The notes: generated by a model from the sequence alone, not told the origin. A DNA stretch of 33,575 bases from a virus (IMGVR_UViG_637000261_000005); one strand, 5' to 3'; positions 8,925-18,342 are shown, counted from the first letter of the stretch. A program made the numbers and translations.

Positions 8925-11768
8925 GTGAGCGGGCGGCACTTCGTAGCGGGAATGCAGACAATGAAGACTCTTGATATCCGGGTCGCTTTCAGCGCCGTTG
9001 ACAGGCTGACCCGGCCTGCCGAAAACGCCCGCCGCCTGATGGGGCAGTTTGGTGACTCCATCCAGCGAACGCAGGGGGCGATCAAAAATCTCGAGCGTCA
9101 GGCGCGATCATTTGAGCGCGCCCGTGACGCTGTCAGTAAAGCGGATGCTGGCATCGTGAAAGCACGACGCCAGCTTAACGCCCTTAATCAGTTACAACGC
9201 ACGGGTACAGTGCTCAGCGAAAAACAACAAAAGCTGATGCAGCAGTTAAGCACCCGGCTTGAACGCCTGAATGAATCGCGCACACGGGAAATTCAGAAAA
9301 TGCGGGAGCTTGGCGGAGAGCTGAAACGCCACGGCATTTCCCTGACAGGTAGCGATAACACCATCCAGCAGGCCATCAGACGCACCGAACAGTACAACAA
9401 CCAGCTTGAACGCGAACGGCAGGCGCTTGCGCGTGTAACACGGGCGCGTGAGCGGTATTCGCGCGCGCAGGAAACAGCGGGAAAACTGAAAACAGGTGGT
9501 GCGCTGGCAATTGGTGCGGCAGCGGCGGGCGGCTATGCTGCCGGGCGTTTTTTGCAGCCTGCGATCGGGTTCGGCAAAGAGATGTCCCGCGTTCAGGCAC
9601 TGACGCGAATCGACCAGAACAGCCCGCAGTTTAAGGCGCTGCGTGAGCAGGCGTTAAAACTTGGCTCTGAAACGCAGTTCACCGCAGGCGATGCCGCCAG
9701 TGGACAGGCATTTCTTGCAATGGCTGGCTTTACACCACAGGCCATTCAGGCTGCGCTCCCTGGCGTACTGAGCATGGCAACGGCTGGCGGTATGGACCTC
9801 GGTGAGACGGCGGATATTGGCTCAAATATTCTGACGCAGTTCGGTCTTTCTGCTGACCAGATGGACCGGGTCGGCGACACACTCACCGCAGCGTTTACCC
9901 GTACCAACACTGACCTTCGCGCACTGGGTGAAACCATGAAATATGCAGGTCCGGTGGCGGGTAAGCTGGGAATATCTCTGGAGCAGGCCGCAGCGATGGC
10001 GGGCGTGCTGGCGAATATGGGTATCAGGGGGAGTGATGCTGGTACGGCAATGCGTGCCAGCCTGGCTCGTCTGGCATCACCGCCAAAGGCGGCAGCAGAG
10101 GCGCTGAAAGAGCTTGGCGTGTCTGTCTCGGATGCCGGGGGCAAAATGCGCCCGATGGAGGATGTGCTGGCTGACCTTTATAAAGCTACCCGCAAATACG
10201 GGGAAGTTGACCGGGTATCGTTCTTTAAGGACATTGCCGGAGAAGAGGCTTTCACATCATTTATGGCCCTCGTTGATGCGGCAGGTGACGGCTCCTTACC
10301 CAAACTGAGAAAAGAACTTGAAGGCGCGCGCGGTGAGGCTGAACGCACGGCAAAGGTTATGGCCAACAACCTTGACGGCGATCTGAAATCACTCAGCAGT
10401 GCATGGGAAGGGTTGCGCATCCGCATTGCAGATCTGATTGACGGTCCGCTGCGTTCTGTCACGCAGTGGCTCACGCGTGTGGTATCAAAGGTGACGGCGC
10501 TGGCGCAGGCCCATCCCGCACTGACGCGCCAGCTACTGATTGCAGGCGGTGCATTGCTGGCAATGACTGCAACGGTTGGCTCGTTGTCGCTGGCTATTGG
10601 TGTGCTTGCTGGCCCGCTGGCAAAACTGCGTCTTGGTTTTTCCCTCCTGACCGGATCAATGAATGCTGTCAGGGTTCTGCCAGCACTATGGGGAATGGTG
10701 ACGGGTTCCGTTTCTTTACTGGGAGGCGCTATCGGGGCGTTGTTCAGTCCGGTTGGTCTTATCGTGGCTGCGCTTGCCGGAGCTGCCGTTCTTATCTGGA
10801 AATACTGGGATCCCATCAGGGCATTTTTTGCCGGGGTGTTCAGCGGGATTATGGAAAGGCTGACCCCGTTGCGCGAAACCTTTGAACGGTTTGGTCCTGT
10901 TTTTGACGCAATCGGGAGTGGGATCAGCCAGGTGTTTAACTGGTTTAAATCGCTGCTGTCACCGATGGAGTCCAGCAAGGAAACTCTGGATAAATGTACC
11001 AGTGCTGGCGAGATATTCGGTAACGTTCTTGGCGGTGCGTTACAACTTGTTCTGACACCTGCAAAAATGTTGCTGGATACGCTGGCGTGGATACTTGAAA
11101 AGCTTGGTGTGCTTCCGGATGAAGCGGAAAGGGCGCGCAAGAAAATCGAAGACGCACAGCGTGCGGCCATTCTTCAGGACAAGGTTGCCTTGCTTCAGGG
11201 GGATCTGGCGAAAATCAATCCGCCGAAGCCTGTGGAAAATGGCAATGGCACCGGAGGTGATAACCCCAAAGACAATAAACCGCTCACAGACAGCAATACC
11301 GGTACGCTGCGCAGACTCAGCAAAATTGCTGATAACACAGGTAAGCTGGTTGAGGAGACGAAAAAACGCATTGGCCCCGGCGATATTGTCTTTAAAAACC
11401 TGCCCCGAGCACTTGCTGTTCGTGGGGAGTGGCAGGAGCGGAAGATTGCGCAGGTCAGTAAGCCTGCCCCCGCAATTAATATCACACCCGTGGTTCCGGC
11501 TCCGCTGCCTCCGGCGCTGGTCCCTGTTGTTGCAGCCAGCTCCCGCCCGGTGGCGGAGGCTATACGATCTCCAGTGGCATCAGTTCCTGTAACTTCCCGT
11601 AACCGGGAGCCTGTTGCCTTCGGATTTGGTGGTGAAATTCATGTTCATCTGCATAACGTTGTTACGCAGAATCCCCGCGAACTGGCGAAACTGGTCGGTG
11701 AAATGGTCAGGGCAGAAATGGAACGGCGCGCCCGTGCCGGGCGTGGCTGTTTTTACGATAAAGATTGA
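8925..11768 (+). CDS. T: Tail tape measure protein (P2 gpT-like)
   Basis: 947 aa, GTG start directly after the E' stop. It is coiled-coil and Ala/Gly-rich with hydrophobic central segments, as is typical of tape measure proteins. Confidence 0.9.
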   Translation: MSGRHFVAGMQTMKTLDIRVAFSAVDRLTRPAENARRLMGQFGDSIQRTQGAIKNLERQARSFERARDAVSKADAGIVKARRQLNALNQLQRTGTVLSEKQQKLMQQLSTRLERLNESRTREIQKMRELGGELKRHGISLTGSDNTIQQAIRRTEQYNNQLERERQALARVTRARERYSRAQETAGKLKTGGALAIGAAAAGGYAAGRFLQPAIGFGKEMSRVQALTRIDQNSPQFKALREQALKLGSETQFTAGDAASGQAFLAMAGFTPQAIQAALPGVLSMATAGGMDLGETADIGSNILTQFGLSADQMDRVGDTLTAAFTRTNTDLRALGETMKYAGPVAGKLGISLEQAAAMAGVLANMGIRGSDAGTAMRASLARLASPPKAAAEALKELGVSVSDAGGKMRPMEDVLADLYKATRKYGEVDRVSFFKDIAGEEAFTSFMALVDAAGDGSLPKLRKELEGARGEAERTAKVMANNLDGDLKSLSSAWEGLRIRIADLIDGPLRSVTQWLTRVVSKVTALAQAHPALTRQLLIAGGALLAMTATVGSLSLAIGVLAGPLAKLRLGFSLLTGSMNAVRVLPALWGMVTGSVSLLGGAIGALFSPVGLIVAALAGAAVLIWKYWDPIRAFFAGVFSGIMERLTPLRETFERFGPVFDAIGSGISQVFNWFKSLLSPMESSKETLDKCTSAGEIFGNVLGGALQLVLTPAKMLLDTLAWILEKLGVLPDEAERARKKIEDAQRAAILQDKVALLQGDLAKINPPKPVENGNGTGGDNPKDNKPLTDSNTGTLRRLSKIADNTGKLVEETKKRIGPGDIVFKNLPRALAVRGEWQERKIAQVSKPAPAINITPVVPAPLPPALVPVVAASSRPVAEAIRSPVASVPVTSRNREPVAFGFGGEIHVHLHNVVTQNPRELAKLVGEMVRAEMERRARAGRGCFYDKD

Positions 11769-11780
11769 GGAGTCATGGCC

Positions 11781-12269
11781 ATGATGATGATCTACGGCAT
11801 GTTTGTTTTTGAGCTGCGCACGCTGCCGCATCAGCAGTTACAGCAAAACAAAAGCTGGCGGCATGTGAAAAATGAACGCGTTAACCGTTCAGCAAGCTGG
11901 CAGTATATCGGTGCAGGTGATGATCGCATCGTTCTTTCTGGTGTGCTTTATCCTGAAATTACAGGTGGCGAAGTGTCGCTGTCGCTGCTGACTACGCAGG
12001 CGTATACAGGACGACCCTGGCCTTTGATTGATGGCGTCGGGCAGATTTACGGCATGTATGTCCTGACTGAAACGAATACGACCCGCTCCGAGTTTGATCG
12101 CTACGGTAAGGCGAAAAAGATAGAATTTTCACTGACTCTTGAACGCTGTGATGAGGATTTGCGGGAGCGCCTGCAATCCTCATCGTTCAGTGATATGCTG
12201 TCCGGCTTCAAAGATAAGGTGACATCATCTCTTAACAGCGCGGCCAGTTCAGTTAAAGGGCTGTTCTGA
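11781..12269 (+). CDS. U: Tail protein (P2 gpU-like)
   Basis: MMMIYGMFVFELRTLPHQQLQQNKSWRH… resembles P2 U. RBS GAGGAG is 8 nt before the ATG at 11781 (the ORF track starts at 11775). Confidence 0.85.
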   Translation: MMMIYGMFVFELRTLPHQQLQQNKSWRHVKNERVNRSASWQYIGAGDDRIVLSGVLYPEITGGEVSLSLLTTQAYTGRPWPLIDGVGQIYGMYVLTETNTTRSEFDRYGKAKKIEFSLTLERCDEDLRERLQSSSFSDMLSGFKDKVTSSLNSAASSVKGLF

Positions 12270-12277
12270 TTTAACAC

Positions 12278-12308
12278 AAAAACCGCTAATGGTCAGATTA
12301 GCGGTTTT
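12278..12308. terminator. Bidirectional rho-independent terminator between the convergent U and invertase genes
   Basis: Perfect palindrome AAAACCGCTAAT-GGTCAG-ATTAGCGGTTTT flanked by T-rich runs on both strands. The invertase stop codon (12298-12300) lies within the right arm. Confidence 0.5.
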
Positions 12309-12897
12309 CATTTTCCTGAGTCTGCCCGGTTGTTTCTTCAGTCTGTATATCGCCTACAGGGTGATAACGATAAATCGTCGATGTGCCAATGCCGTAAATT
12401 ATTGCCAGTTGTTTTCTGTCGTGCCCGTTTTTGATTAGCCTTGCTATTTGCTCATGCTGTTCTTTTGTCAGCTTCGGTCGACGTCCGCCTGTGCGCCCCC
12501 TTGCGCGCGCTGCCGCCAGCCCGGCCAGTGTACGTTCAACAATTAATTCACGTTCCATTTCAGCCAGGGCACCCATCACGTGGAAGAAAAAACGCCCCAT
12601 TGGAGAAGATGTGTCTATGCTGTCGGTCAGACTGCGAAAATTAATCCCTCGCTCCCGTAGTTCCCCGACGAGAGAAATCAGATGTTTCATGCTTCGCCCG
12701 AGGCGATCCAGTTTCCAGACAACCAGCGTGTCACCTTTTTGAAGGCGCTTTAAAGCGCGTTTTAATCCCGGTCGGTCTGTCTTTGTCCCGCTTAATTTAT
12801 CTTCAAATATTTGTTCACATCCTGCACAAACAAGAGCGTTTTGTTGCAGGTCTGTATTCTGGTCATTTGTTGATACCCTTACATAGCCAATCAGCAC
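12298..12897 (-). CDS. pin: Serine DNA invertase of the Gin/Pin/Cin/Hin family
   Basis: (M)LIGYVRVSTNDQNTDLQQNALVCAGCEQIFEDKLSGTKTDRPGLKRALKRLQKGDTLVVWKLDRLGRSMKHLISLVGELRERGINFRSLTDSIDTSSPMGRFFFHVMGALAEMERELIVERT… is near-identical in pattern to Gin/Pin. The likely start is GTG at 12897 with RBS GGGAGA; the ORF track extends to a TTG at 12915. Confidence 0.9.
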   Translation of the reverse strand: MLIGYVRVSTNDQNTDLQQNALVCAGCEQIFEDKLSGTKTDRPGLKRALKRLQKGDTLVVWKLDRLGRSMKHLISLVGELRERGINFRSLTDSIDTSSPMGRFFFHVMGALAEMERELIVERTLAGLAAARARGRTGGRRPKLTKEQHEQIARLIKNGHDRKQLAIIYGIGTSTIYRYHPVGDIQTEETTGQTQENENR

Positions 12898-12951
12898 ACT
12901 GAATCTCCCGTCCAAAAGCGCAAATCATGCCATGCAGGCCAGAAACGGCCA

Positions 12952-12977
12952 TTATTTAAAACCTCGGTTTACGAGAA
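12952..12977. other. gix/hix-like 26-bp crossover site (right end of invertible segment)
   Basis: TTATTTAAAACC-TC-GGTTTACGAGAA compared with the gix consensus TTATCCAAAACC-TC-GGTTTACAGGAA. It lies at the start of the alternative fibre coding segment. Confidence 0.7.
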
Positions 12978-13673
12978 CTCGGCACAAGCGGGGAGAAAAT
13001 ACCGTTACTCAGTACAGCGAATACCTGGACCAATCGACAAACATTCAGCGGTGGCCTTTCTGGGGAACTGTCCGGCAATGCCGCTACTGCAACAAAGCTG
13101 AAAACAGCACGAAAAATTGCTGGAGTTGGTTTTGATGGTTCTAGCGATATCTCAATTAGTGCCAAAAATGTCAATGCATTTGCACTCCGACAAACAGGTA
13201 ATACTGTTAATGGTGATACATCCGTTGGATGGAATTGGGATAGTGGTGCATATAACGCCCTGATTGGTGGTGCATCTGCATTAATTCTTCACTTTAATAT
13301 AAATGCTGGTAGCTGTCCTGCCGTACAATTCCGTGTGAATTATAAAAATGGTGGCATTTCCTACAGGTCGGCTCGTGATGGTTATGGGGTTGAATTACGT
13401 TGGTCAGATTTCTATACCACGACACGAAAACCTTCAGCGGGAGATGTTGGTGCATATACGCGGGCAGAATGTAACTCAATGTTTATTACAGGTATTCGCC
13501 TTGGCGGTCTGTCATCTGTTCAGACATGGAATGGTCCCGGCTGGTCTGACAGGTCAGGTTATGTCGTTACGGGTTCAGTTAACGGAAACCGTGATGAATT
13601 AATTGATACAACACAGGCAAGGCCAATTCAGTATTGCATTAATGGGACGTGGTATAACGCGGGGAGTATTTAA
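12978..13673 (+). CDS. Alternative tail-fibre C-terminal segment (promoterless, expressed only after inversion)
   Basis: The open frame begins inside the gix site with no start codon (…NLGLRELGTSGEKIPLLSTANTWTNRQTFSGGLSGELSGNAATATKLKTARKIAGVGFDGSSDISISAKNVNAF…QYCINGTWYNAGSI*). This is the classic variable receptor-binding-domain pattern, and the end parallels the H C-terminus (…[14 protein letters not shown]). Confidence 0.7.
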   Translation, partial: LGTSGEKIPLLSTANTWTNRQTFSGGLSGELSGNAATATKLKTARKIAGVGFDGSSDISISAKNVNAFALRQTGNTVNGDTSVGWNWDSGAYNALIGGASALILHFNINAGSCPAVQFRVNYKNGGISYRSARDGYGVELRWSDFYTTTRKPSAGDVGAYTRAECNSMFITGIRLGGLSSVQTWNGPGWSDRSGYVVTGSVNGNRDELIDTTQARPIQYCINGTWYNAGSI

Positions 13674-13675
13674 CG

Positions 13676-14209
13676 ATGATGCACTTAAAAAACATTACTG
13701 CTGGCAACCCTAAAACAAAAGAGCAATACCAGCTAACAAAGCAATTTAACATCAAATGGCTTTATTCAGATGATGGAAAAAACTGGTATGAGGAACAAAA
13801 GAATTTCCAGCCAGACACTTTGAAAATGGTCTATTACCATAACGGCGTTATTATTTGTATTGAAAAGGATGTTTCAGCAATTAATCCGGAAGGCGCAAGC
13901 GTCGTTGAATTACCTGATATTACAGCAAATCGCCGGGCTGATATTTCGGGGAAATGGTTGTTCAAAGATGGCGTAGTGATAAAGCGAACTTATACCGAGG
14001 AAGAGCAGAGGCAACAAGCGGAAAATGAAAAGCAAAGCCTGTTGCAACTTGTCAGGGATAAAACCCAGCTATGGGACTCACAGCTACGGCTGGGCATCAT
14101 TTCCGACGAGAATAAACAAAAATTAACCGAGTGGATGCTCTATGCGCAGAAAGTCGAATCTACAGACACCTCCAGCCTGCCAGTAACGTTTCCCGAACAA
14201 CCAGAATGA
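13676..14209 (+). CDS. Tail fibre assembly protein, alternative copy (Tfa')
   Basis: [40 protein letters not shown]… shares N- and C-terminal motifs (…[18 protein letters not shown]…) with the G-like gene on the other strand. It starts 3 bp after the alternative fibre stop. Confidence 0.85.
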   Translation: MMHLKNITAGNPKTKEQYQLTKQFNIKWLYSDDGKNWYEEQKNFQPDTLKMVYYHNGVIICIEKDVSAINPEGASVVELPDITANRRADISGKWLFKDGVVIKRTYTEEEQRQQAENEKQSLLQLVRDKTQLWDSQLRLGIISDENKQKLTEWMLYAQKVESTDTSSLPVTFPEQPE

Positions 14210-14237
14210 GAGAAGGCCCGATATTGGGCCTTAATTT

Positions 14238-14766
14238 TTACTCAGGCTTTTGTGGCCATTCGGGATTTGCTGTATCCACACGGCTGACCAGAACGCTGTA
14301 GCGTTCCCATGACTCCAGTCGTGTGCGTTCCTCATCCATCGCCATATTCAGCCTGACAGCGCGTTCCAGTGGCTGAATAACGCTTTCAGCTTCAGAAAGC
14401 AACGCGACCTTTTGTGATTCGGCCTGTTGTTGCTGTTCGTCTGCTGTATAAATCCGCTTAACCACAGTTCCGTCCTTAAACATCCACTTCCCTGAATCAT
14501 CGGCACGACGATTGGCTGTTATATCTGGAATCTCAACGACACTAAAGCCTTCGGGATTAAGTGTTGGGGCATCTTTGGTTATGGCAACAATAATATTATT
14601 TTCGTCGTATACAATCTTTATGGTGTCGTCCTGAAAGTTATTTACTTCCTCATACCAGTTTTTACCGTCTTCGGACCATAACCAGATAACATCAAAATTC
14701 TTTGTTAGCTGATATTGTTCTTTTGTTTTTGGATTTCCGGACTTAATATTTTTTAATATGCTGCAT
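14238..14766 (-). pseudogene. G: Tail fibre assembly protein (P2 gpG-like) with a frame break in an A-run at the N-terminus
   Basis: The expected start ATG CAG CAT ATT AAA lies 4 nt after the H stop, but reads MQHIKKY* because of an A6 run (plus strand T6 at about 14749-14754). With A5 it would read [41 protein letters not shown]…, which matches P2 G. The long ORF in the track instead uses an upstream ATG overlapping H. Confidence 0.75.
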
Positions 14767-14769
14767 AAT

Positions 14770-16920
14770 TTACACCTGTGCGACGTTATACCATGTGCCA
14801 TTGATGTATTTTTGTATTGGTCTGAAGATGGCTTCATCATCGCCATCTACTTCACCAATGATTCTTAATCCGGTAATTGCGTGTCCGGCTTTTTCATAAC
14901 GACCACCACGCGCCATCAATTGAACAACACGCGTACCCAGGCGAACATCTTTTACATAGCGTGAATCAAAATTCCCCCAGTTGCTGGGCTGTATCTGACC
15001 GTTAACAGAAAATATTACCGAGTTATCTGTATTTCGCTGGCTATAGAAATGCCATCCTGCCTCATTGCCTAACTCTGCAACTACTGGACGGGTTGAAGCA
15101 CCCCATAAATTAAACGTTGCATTCTTTGTGGAGTTGTTGGAGCTGGATAGCGTGAATTTTTTACCATCCCCGGCCTGAATATTTTTAAAAGCAATAGCCA
15201 CTCCATTCTGAAAGCGGAATACACGCTGACTATTAGCATAAACATCCAGAATACCGTCTCCATTCTGTTTAAATCCGGTGTCATTATCACCAAGAACAAT
15301 AGAGCTACCACCTAACGCATTCGTCGAACCAACTCCAAGACTGCCATTAATGACAGCATTAACAAGAATATTTAGTGCATCCCATTTCAGCGTCATCAGG
15401 TCTTTTGTTGTGGTGCTCTGGCGGCTTCTCCATTTGAAATATTCATTGCCGTTGTCGCCTGTTTCAAACCACATGTATGAATCAGTGTCACCATCGGCAT
15501 CATTTTTAAATCCAATCTTCGCCCAGTCAGTATTTCGAATCCAGGCAAGGATTGAGTCATTTTCAAAAGTAAGCCCACCGGACAAGGTATCGCCATTTTT
15601 TTGCACGGCGTTACCAGCCCTGTTTACCGTTTCCTGTAAACCGAGGTATTCGATAACGGCAGCAACGGTCGATTTCGCAAGAATATCCCGCCCGACTTTT
15701 GTCAGGGTTGCCAGGCTGGCGACATCATTCCCCGTAAAATACGGAAACCTGTCTGCCGCAGTAGCAAGCCCGGCCAGCGCCGTCAGGGTGGCATCTTTCG
15801 GTTGCTTACCCGCAAGCGCGTTAGTCATGGTGGTCGCAAAATTCGGGGCGTTTCCCAGCGCCGCCGCTAACTCGTTCAGCGTATTCAGTGCGTCAGGTGA
15901 CGAATCTACAAGGGCGGCAATCGCAGCCATAACGAAAGCCGTGCTTGCGATTTGGGTATTATTCGTTCCCTGTCGCGCAGCTGGCGTTGTTGGCGTTCCG
16001 GTCAGCGCAGGACTGTTTAAGGGCGCTTTCTTGTTCGTTTCATCCATTACCGCCTTAACCGCTTTCGATGTCGCGGCCAGTGTTTCAGACGTGCTGTTGG
16101 TGGCACTACTGAGCTGGACTATCCCTTTTTGTGCCGTCGTGGCGTCCTGAGCGGTATATTTTGCGTTAGCAAGGTCATACGCGGCCTTTACTGCTTTCGG
16201 CGTTGCAGCCTGCGTTTCAGACGTGCTGTTGGTGGCGCTACTGAGCTGGACAAGGCCTTTTCGCGTCGTGCTGGCATCCTGCGCAGTATATTTACCGTTA
16301 GCAAGATCATACGCGGCCTTTACTGCTTTCGGCGTTGCAGCCTGCGTTTCAGACACGCTGTTAGTGGCGCTACTGAGTTGAACAAAGCCTTTTGCGGTCA
16401 GCGAGGCGTCCGGGTGACGTCGTGACTGTTCATGCTCTTTCAGTTTGTCATCCACGTAATCCACTGTGGCCATCACCATGGTGTTGTCCACGGTAAGCGC
16501 CACGGTGGCAGTGCTGGATACGGTCAGAATGGTGCGAAATGTTTGTGCACGACCGGACCCTTCGGCAACGGCTGGCTTGTAACTTTCGGCAGTATTTCCC
16601 ACCGCGATTAAATCGCCGTGCTCATCAAATACACCAATTTCCCGGATCCAGAATCCGCCCGTTTCAGGAGGAATAACCAGCTCCGCAATAATGCGGTTCT
16701 GATGTGTTGCGTCCAGGATGACGCGATTAACAGTATGTCGCCACACCTCATGCACCAGACGGGTCTGCTTACTGTCTGGTGTGGGCAACGTGCCGCCACC
16801 GTCGCCCACGGCCATATGAGTCAGGCGGACAGGCTTACCATCTGGCGCGGCTACCTGAGCTAATTTTTTTGCACCCGTATCGGTGATAATGGTTTTAAAT
16901 TTTCGTGTTGTGGTACTCAT
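14770..16920 (-). CDS. H: Tail fibre protein (P2 gpH-like). The constant N-terminal part lies outside the invertible segment and the current C-terminal part inside it.
   Basis: 716 aa; the N-terminus is conserved with P2 H. It contains three tandem 44-aa repeats and a gix site at codons 423-430. Confidence 0.9.
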   Translation of the reverse strand: MSTTTRKFKTIITDTGAKKLAQVAAPDGKPVRLTHMAVGDGGGTLPTPDSKQTRLVHEVWRHTVNRVILDATHQNRIIAELVIPPETGGFWIREIGVFDEHGDLIAVGNTAESYKPAVAEGSGRAQTFRTILTVSSTATVALTVDNTMVMATVDYVDDKLKEHEQSRRHPDASLTAKGFVQLSSATNSVSETQAATPKAVKAAYDLANGKYTAQDASTTRKGLVQLSSATNSTSETQAATPKAVKAAYDLANAKYTAQDATTAQKGIVQLSSATNSTSETLAATSKAVKAVMDETNKKAPLNSPALTGTPTTPAARQGTNNTQIASTAFVMAAIAALVDSSPDALNTLNELAAALGNAPNFATTMTNALAGKQPKDATLTALAGLATAADRFPYFTGNDVASLATLTKVGRDILAKSTVAAVIEYLGLQETVNRAGNAVQKNGDTLSGGLTFENDSILAWIRNTDWAKIGFKNDADGDTDSYMWFETGDNGNEYFKWRSRQSTTTKDLMTLKWDALNILVNAVINGSLGVGSTNALGGSSIVLGDNDTGFKQNGDGILDVYANSQRVFRFQNGVAIAFKNIQAGDGKKFTLSSSNNSTKNATFNLWGASTRPVVAELGNEAGWHFYSQRNTDNSVIFSVNGQIQPSNWGNFDSRYVKDVRLGTRVVQLMARGGRYEKAGHAITGLRIIGEVDGDDEAIFRPIQKYINGTWYNVAQV
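15631..15656. other. gix/hix-like 26-bp crossover site inside H (left end of invertible segment)
   Basis: Plus strand TTCCTGTAAACC-GA-GGTATTCGATAA; the reverse complement TTATCGAATACC-TC-GGTTTACAGGAA matches gix at 23/26. It is in inverted orientation relative to the 12952-12977 site and encodes H residues IEYLGLQE. Confidence 0.7.
15997..16392 (-). repeat. About three tandem 132-bp (44-aa) in-frame repeats within H
   Basis: KG[FLI][20 protein letters not shown](AYDLAN.KYTAQDA) is repeated at H residues about 177-220, 221-264 and 265-308. The matching direct repeats are visible in the nucleotide sequence. Confidence 0.6.
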
Positions 16921-16922
16921 GC

Positions 16923-17453
16923 TTAATCGCCTGGATAAATGGTAATAACTTCACCGTCATAAGTTGCCGCCGCTGCGAAAATATCCCCCGGAATTTCCTG
17001 AATGATATTCAGCCCTGTCATGTGGCGGCTGACCGGGCGGGCATCAGCAATCAACCGCTCCATTTCCAGATACATTTCCTCCGTCACGCCACTGTCCAGC
17101 GTGCCGACTTCAACGGTAAATGTTCCCGGTTCTCCGCCGAACTCCCACCACTCAGACACGCGAATGAGGTATCCCAGCGGCTCAATGGCCCGGCGCAGTG
17201 CGCTGATGGTCCCTTTGTGTCGGTGTATCAGCCATGCATCACGAATAACCTGTCGCTTTGTCTCTTCCGGCCAGTTGCGATCCCAGCGGTCAACGGAAAA
17301 CGCCCAGGCGAGATAAGGCAGCAGATGCACCGGGCAGGTGTCCGGCGACCACAGCGTGTTGAGGTCTACCGGAATGTCTGTAATGCGTGTTCCGACGGCT
17401 TCGGCACAACGCATGAAATTGCTGGCTGATGGTGGTAACAACGAATTACTCAT
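16923..17453 (-). CDS. I: Baseplate protein (P2 gpI-like)
   Basis: MSNSLLPPSASNFMRCAEAVGTRITDIPVDLNTLWSPDTCP… The start ATG overlaps the J stop (ATGAGTAA). Confidence 0.85.
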   Translation of the reverse strand: MSNSLLPPSASNFMRCAEAVGTRITDIPVDLNTLWSPDTCPVHLLPYLAWAFSVDRWDRNWPEETKRQVIRDAWLIHRHKGTISALRRAIEPLGYLIRVSEWWEFGGEPGTFTVEVGTLDSGVTEEMYLEMERLIADARPVSRHMTGLNIIQEIPGDIFAAAATYDGEVITIYPGD

Positions 17454-18342
17454 TGCGTCCACCTTCGCTGATGGTGAATGACTCACAGCGCGCCGCCTGT
17501 ATGTCGCTGATGGCCATATTCTGTGTGGGTTCGATTATCTCCACGCGTTGCACACCGTGCACATGCAGTGCGGCAGCAATGGCGGACAACGCCACGTCCT
17601 GACCGATAAGCCCCTGCTCAGCCAGCCACTTCCTGAACGACGATTCAGCCGCGGCCAGAATAGGTTCGGATTCCGGGCCGGGGTAAAAGTACAGTTTTGC
17701 ATTCAGCCGCCATGTCACGATTCTGGCACTCTGTACGGTCAGGCGGTCGGCCACCGGGCGGGTATCCTCTGCATTCAGAACGGCGCGAACGGTATTAAGC
17801 AACGCCTCCGTTGCTGTGCCGTCGCCCTCAGTGGACAGGATGGAAACCGTCACGTTGGCCGGAGACGGGCTGATGGCCCGCGCATCGCGTACCAGACCGC
17901 TGGCGCTGCGTGCAAAATACTCGTATGCACCTGACGGGCCAGCAACACTCAGACCGTCATATGCCCGTTGCGCCCGTAGTCTCAGCGAGGTGTCACTTTC
18001 CATCACTGCATCGGTGGTATCCGTTGCCGGAGTGATAACCAGGCGCTTTGTGTTCATATTGCCCGCGAGGTTGTCCAGGTCTGTCCCGGCGCTGTGGCTT
18101 AGCATGCAGGCGCGTGCACCCTCATTGACCCGCTGGCGTAACAGCATTTCACGAAACGACATGGTTTGAGCGATAACGTTAAGGGGTTCCGATTCCAGCT
18201 CCAGCGCGGCGGAAACGGCTTCACGCTGTTCGGCGGGATAGGACGCAATCATCATGGCCTTTGTGTCAGCCAGAATTGCCTCAAAGTCAGGCTCCGCGAT
18301 GATGGCGGGTTCCGGTAACTGTGAAAGGTCAACGGCAGGCAT
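17446..18342 (-). CDS. J: Baseplate assembly protein (P2 gpJ-like)
   Basis: 298 aa, in the conserved W-J-I order. Confidence 0.9.
   Translation of the reverse strand: MPAVDLSQLPEPAIIAEPDFEAILADTKAMMIASYPAEQREAVSAALELESEPLNVIAQTMSFREMLLRQRVNEGARACMLSHSAGTDLDNLAGNMNTKRLVITPATDTTDAVMESDTSLRLRAQRAYDGLSVAGPSGAYEYFARSASGLVRDARAISPSPANVTVSILSTEGDGTATEALLNTVRAVLNAEDTRPVADRLTVQSARIVTWRLNAKLYFYPGPESEPILAAAESSFRKWLAEQGLIGQDVALSAIAAALHVHGVQRVEIIEPTQNMAISDIQAARCESFTISEGGRNE

Larger units (their letters stand above)
12952..15656. other. Invertible tail-fibre host-range segment (G/C/P-segment-like), about 2.7 kb
   Basis: It is bounded by the two inverted gix-like sites. It contains the H 3' variable part plus G in one orientation and the alternative fibre 3' part plus tfa' in the other, with the invertase gene immediately outside. 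Confidence 0.65.

Noticed and set aside
10178-11170. 330-aa minus-strand ORF inside the tape-measure gene (also the 139-aa and 132-aa ORFs nearby)
   Set aside because: It is entirely antisense to the strongly supported T gene. It is a GC-rich, Ala/Ser/Pro/Arg-rich open frame with no RBS, which is a typical shadow ORF.
12278-12308. Palindrome AAAACCGCTAAT-GGTCAG-ATTAGCGGTTTT considered as a third gix-like site that could explain the FI-U inversion
   Set aside because: Its AAACC and GGTTT blocks are at the outer ends of the arms rather than flanking a 2-bp core as in gix. It is better explained as a bidirectional terminator.
15278-16150. 290-aa plus-strand ORF antisense to H
   Set aside because: It is a shadow ORF of the repeat-containing fibre gene with low-complexity composition and no start context.
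15997-16392. Regular direct repeats considered as a possible CRISPR array
   Set aside because: The 132-bp repeats are contiguous with no spacers. They are in frame within the tail-fibre gene and encode a repeated peptide.
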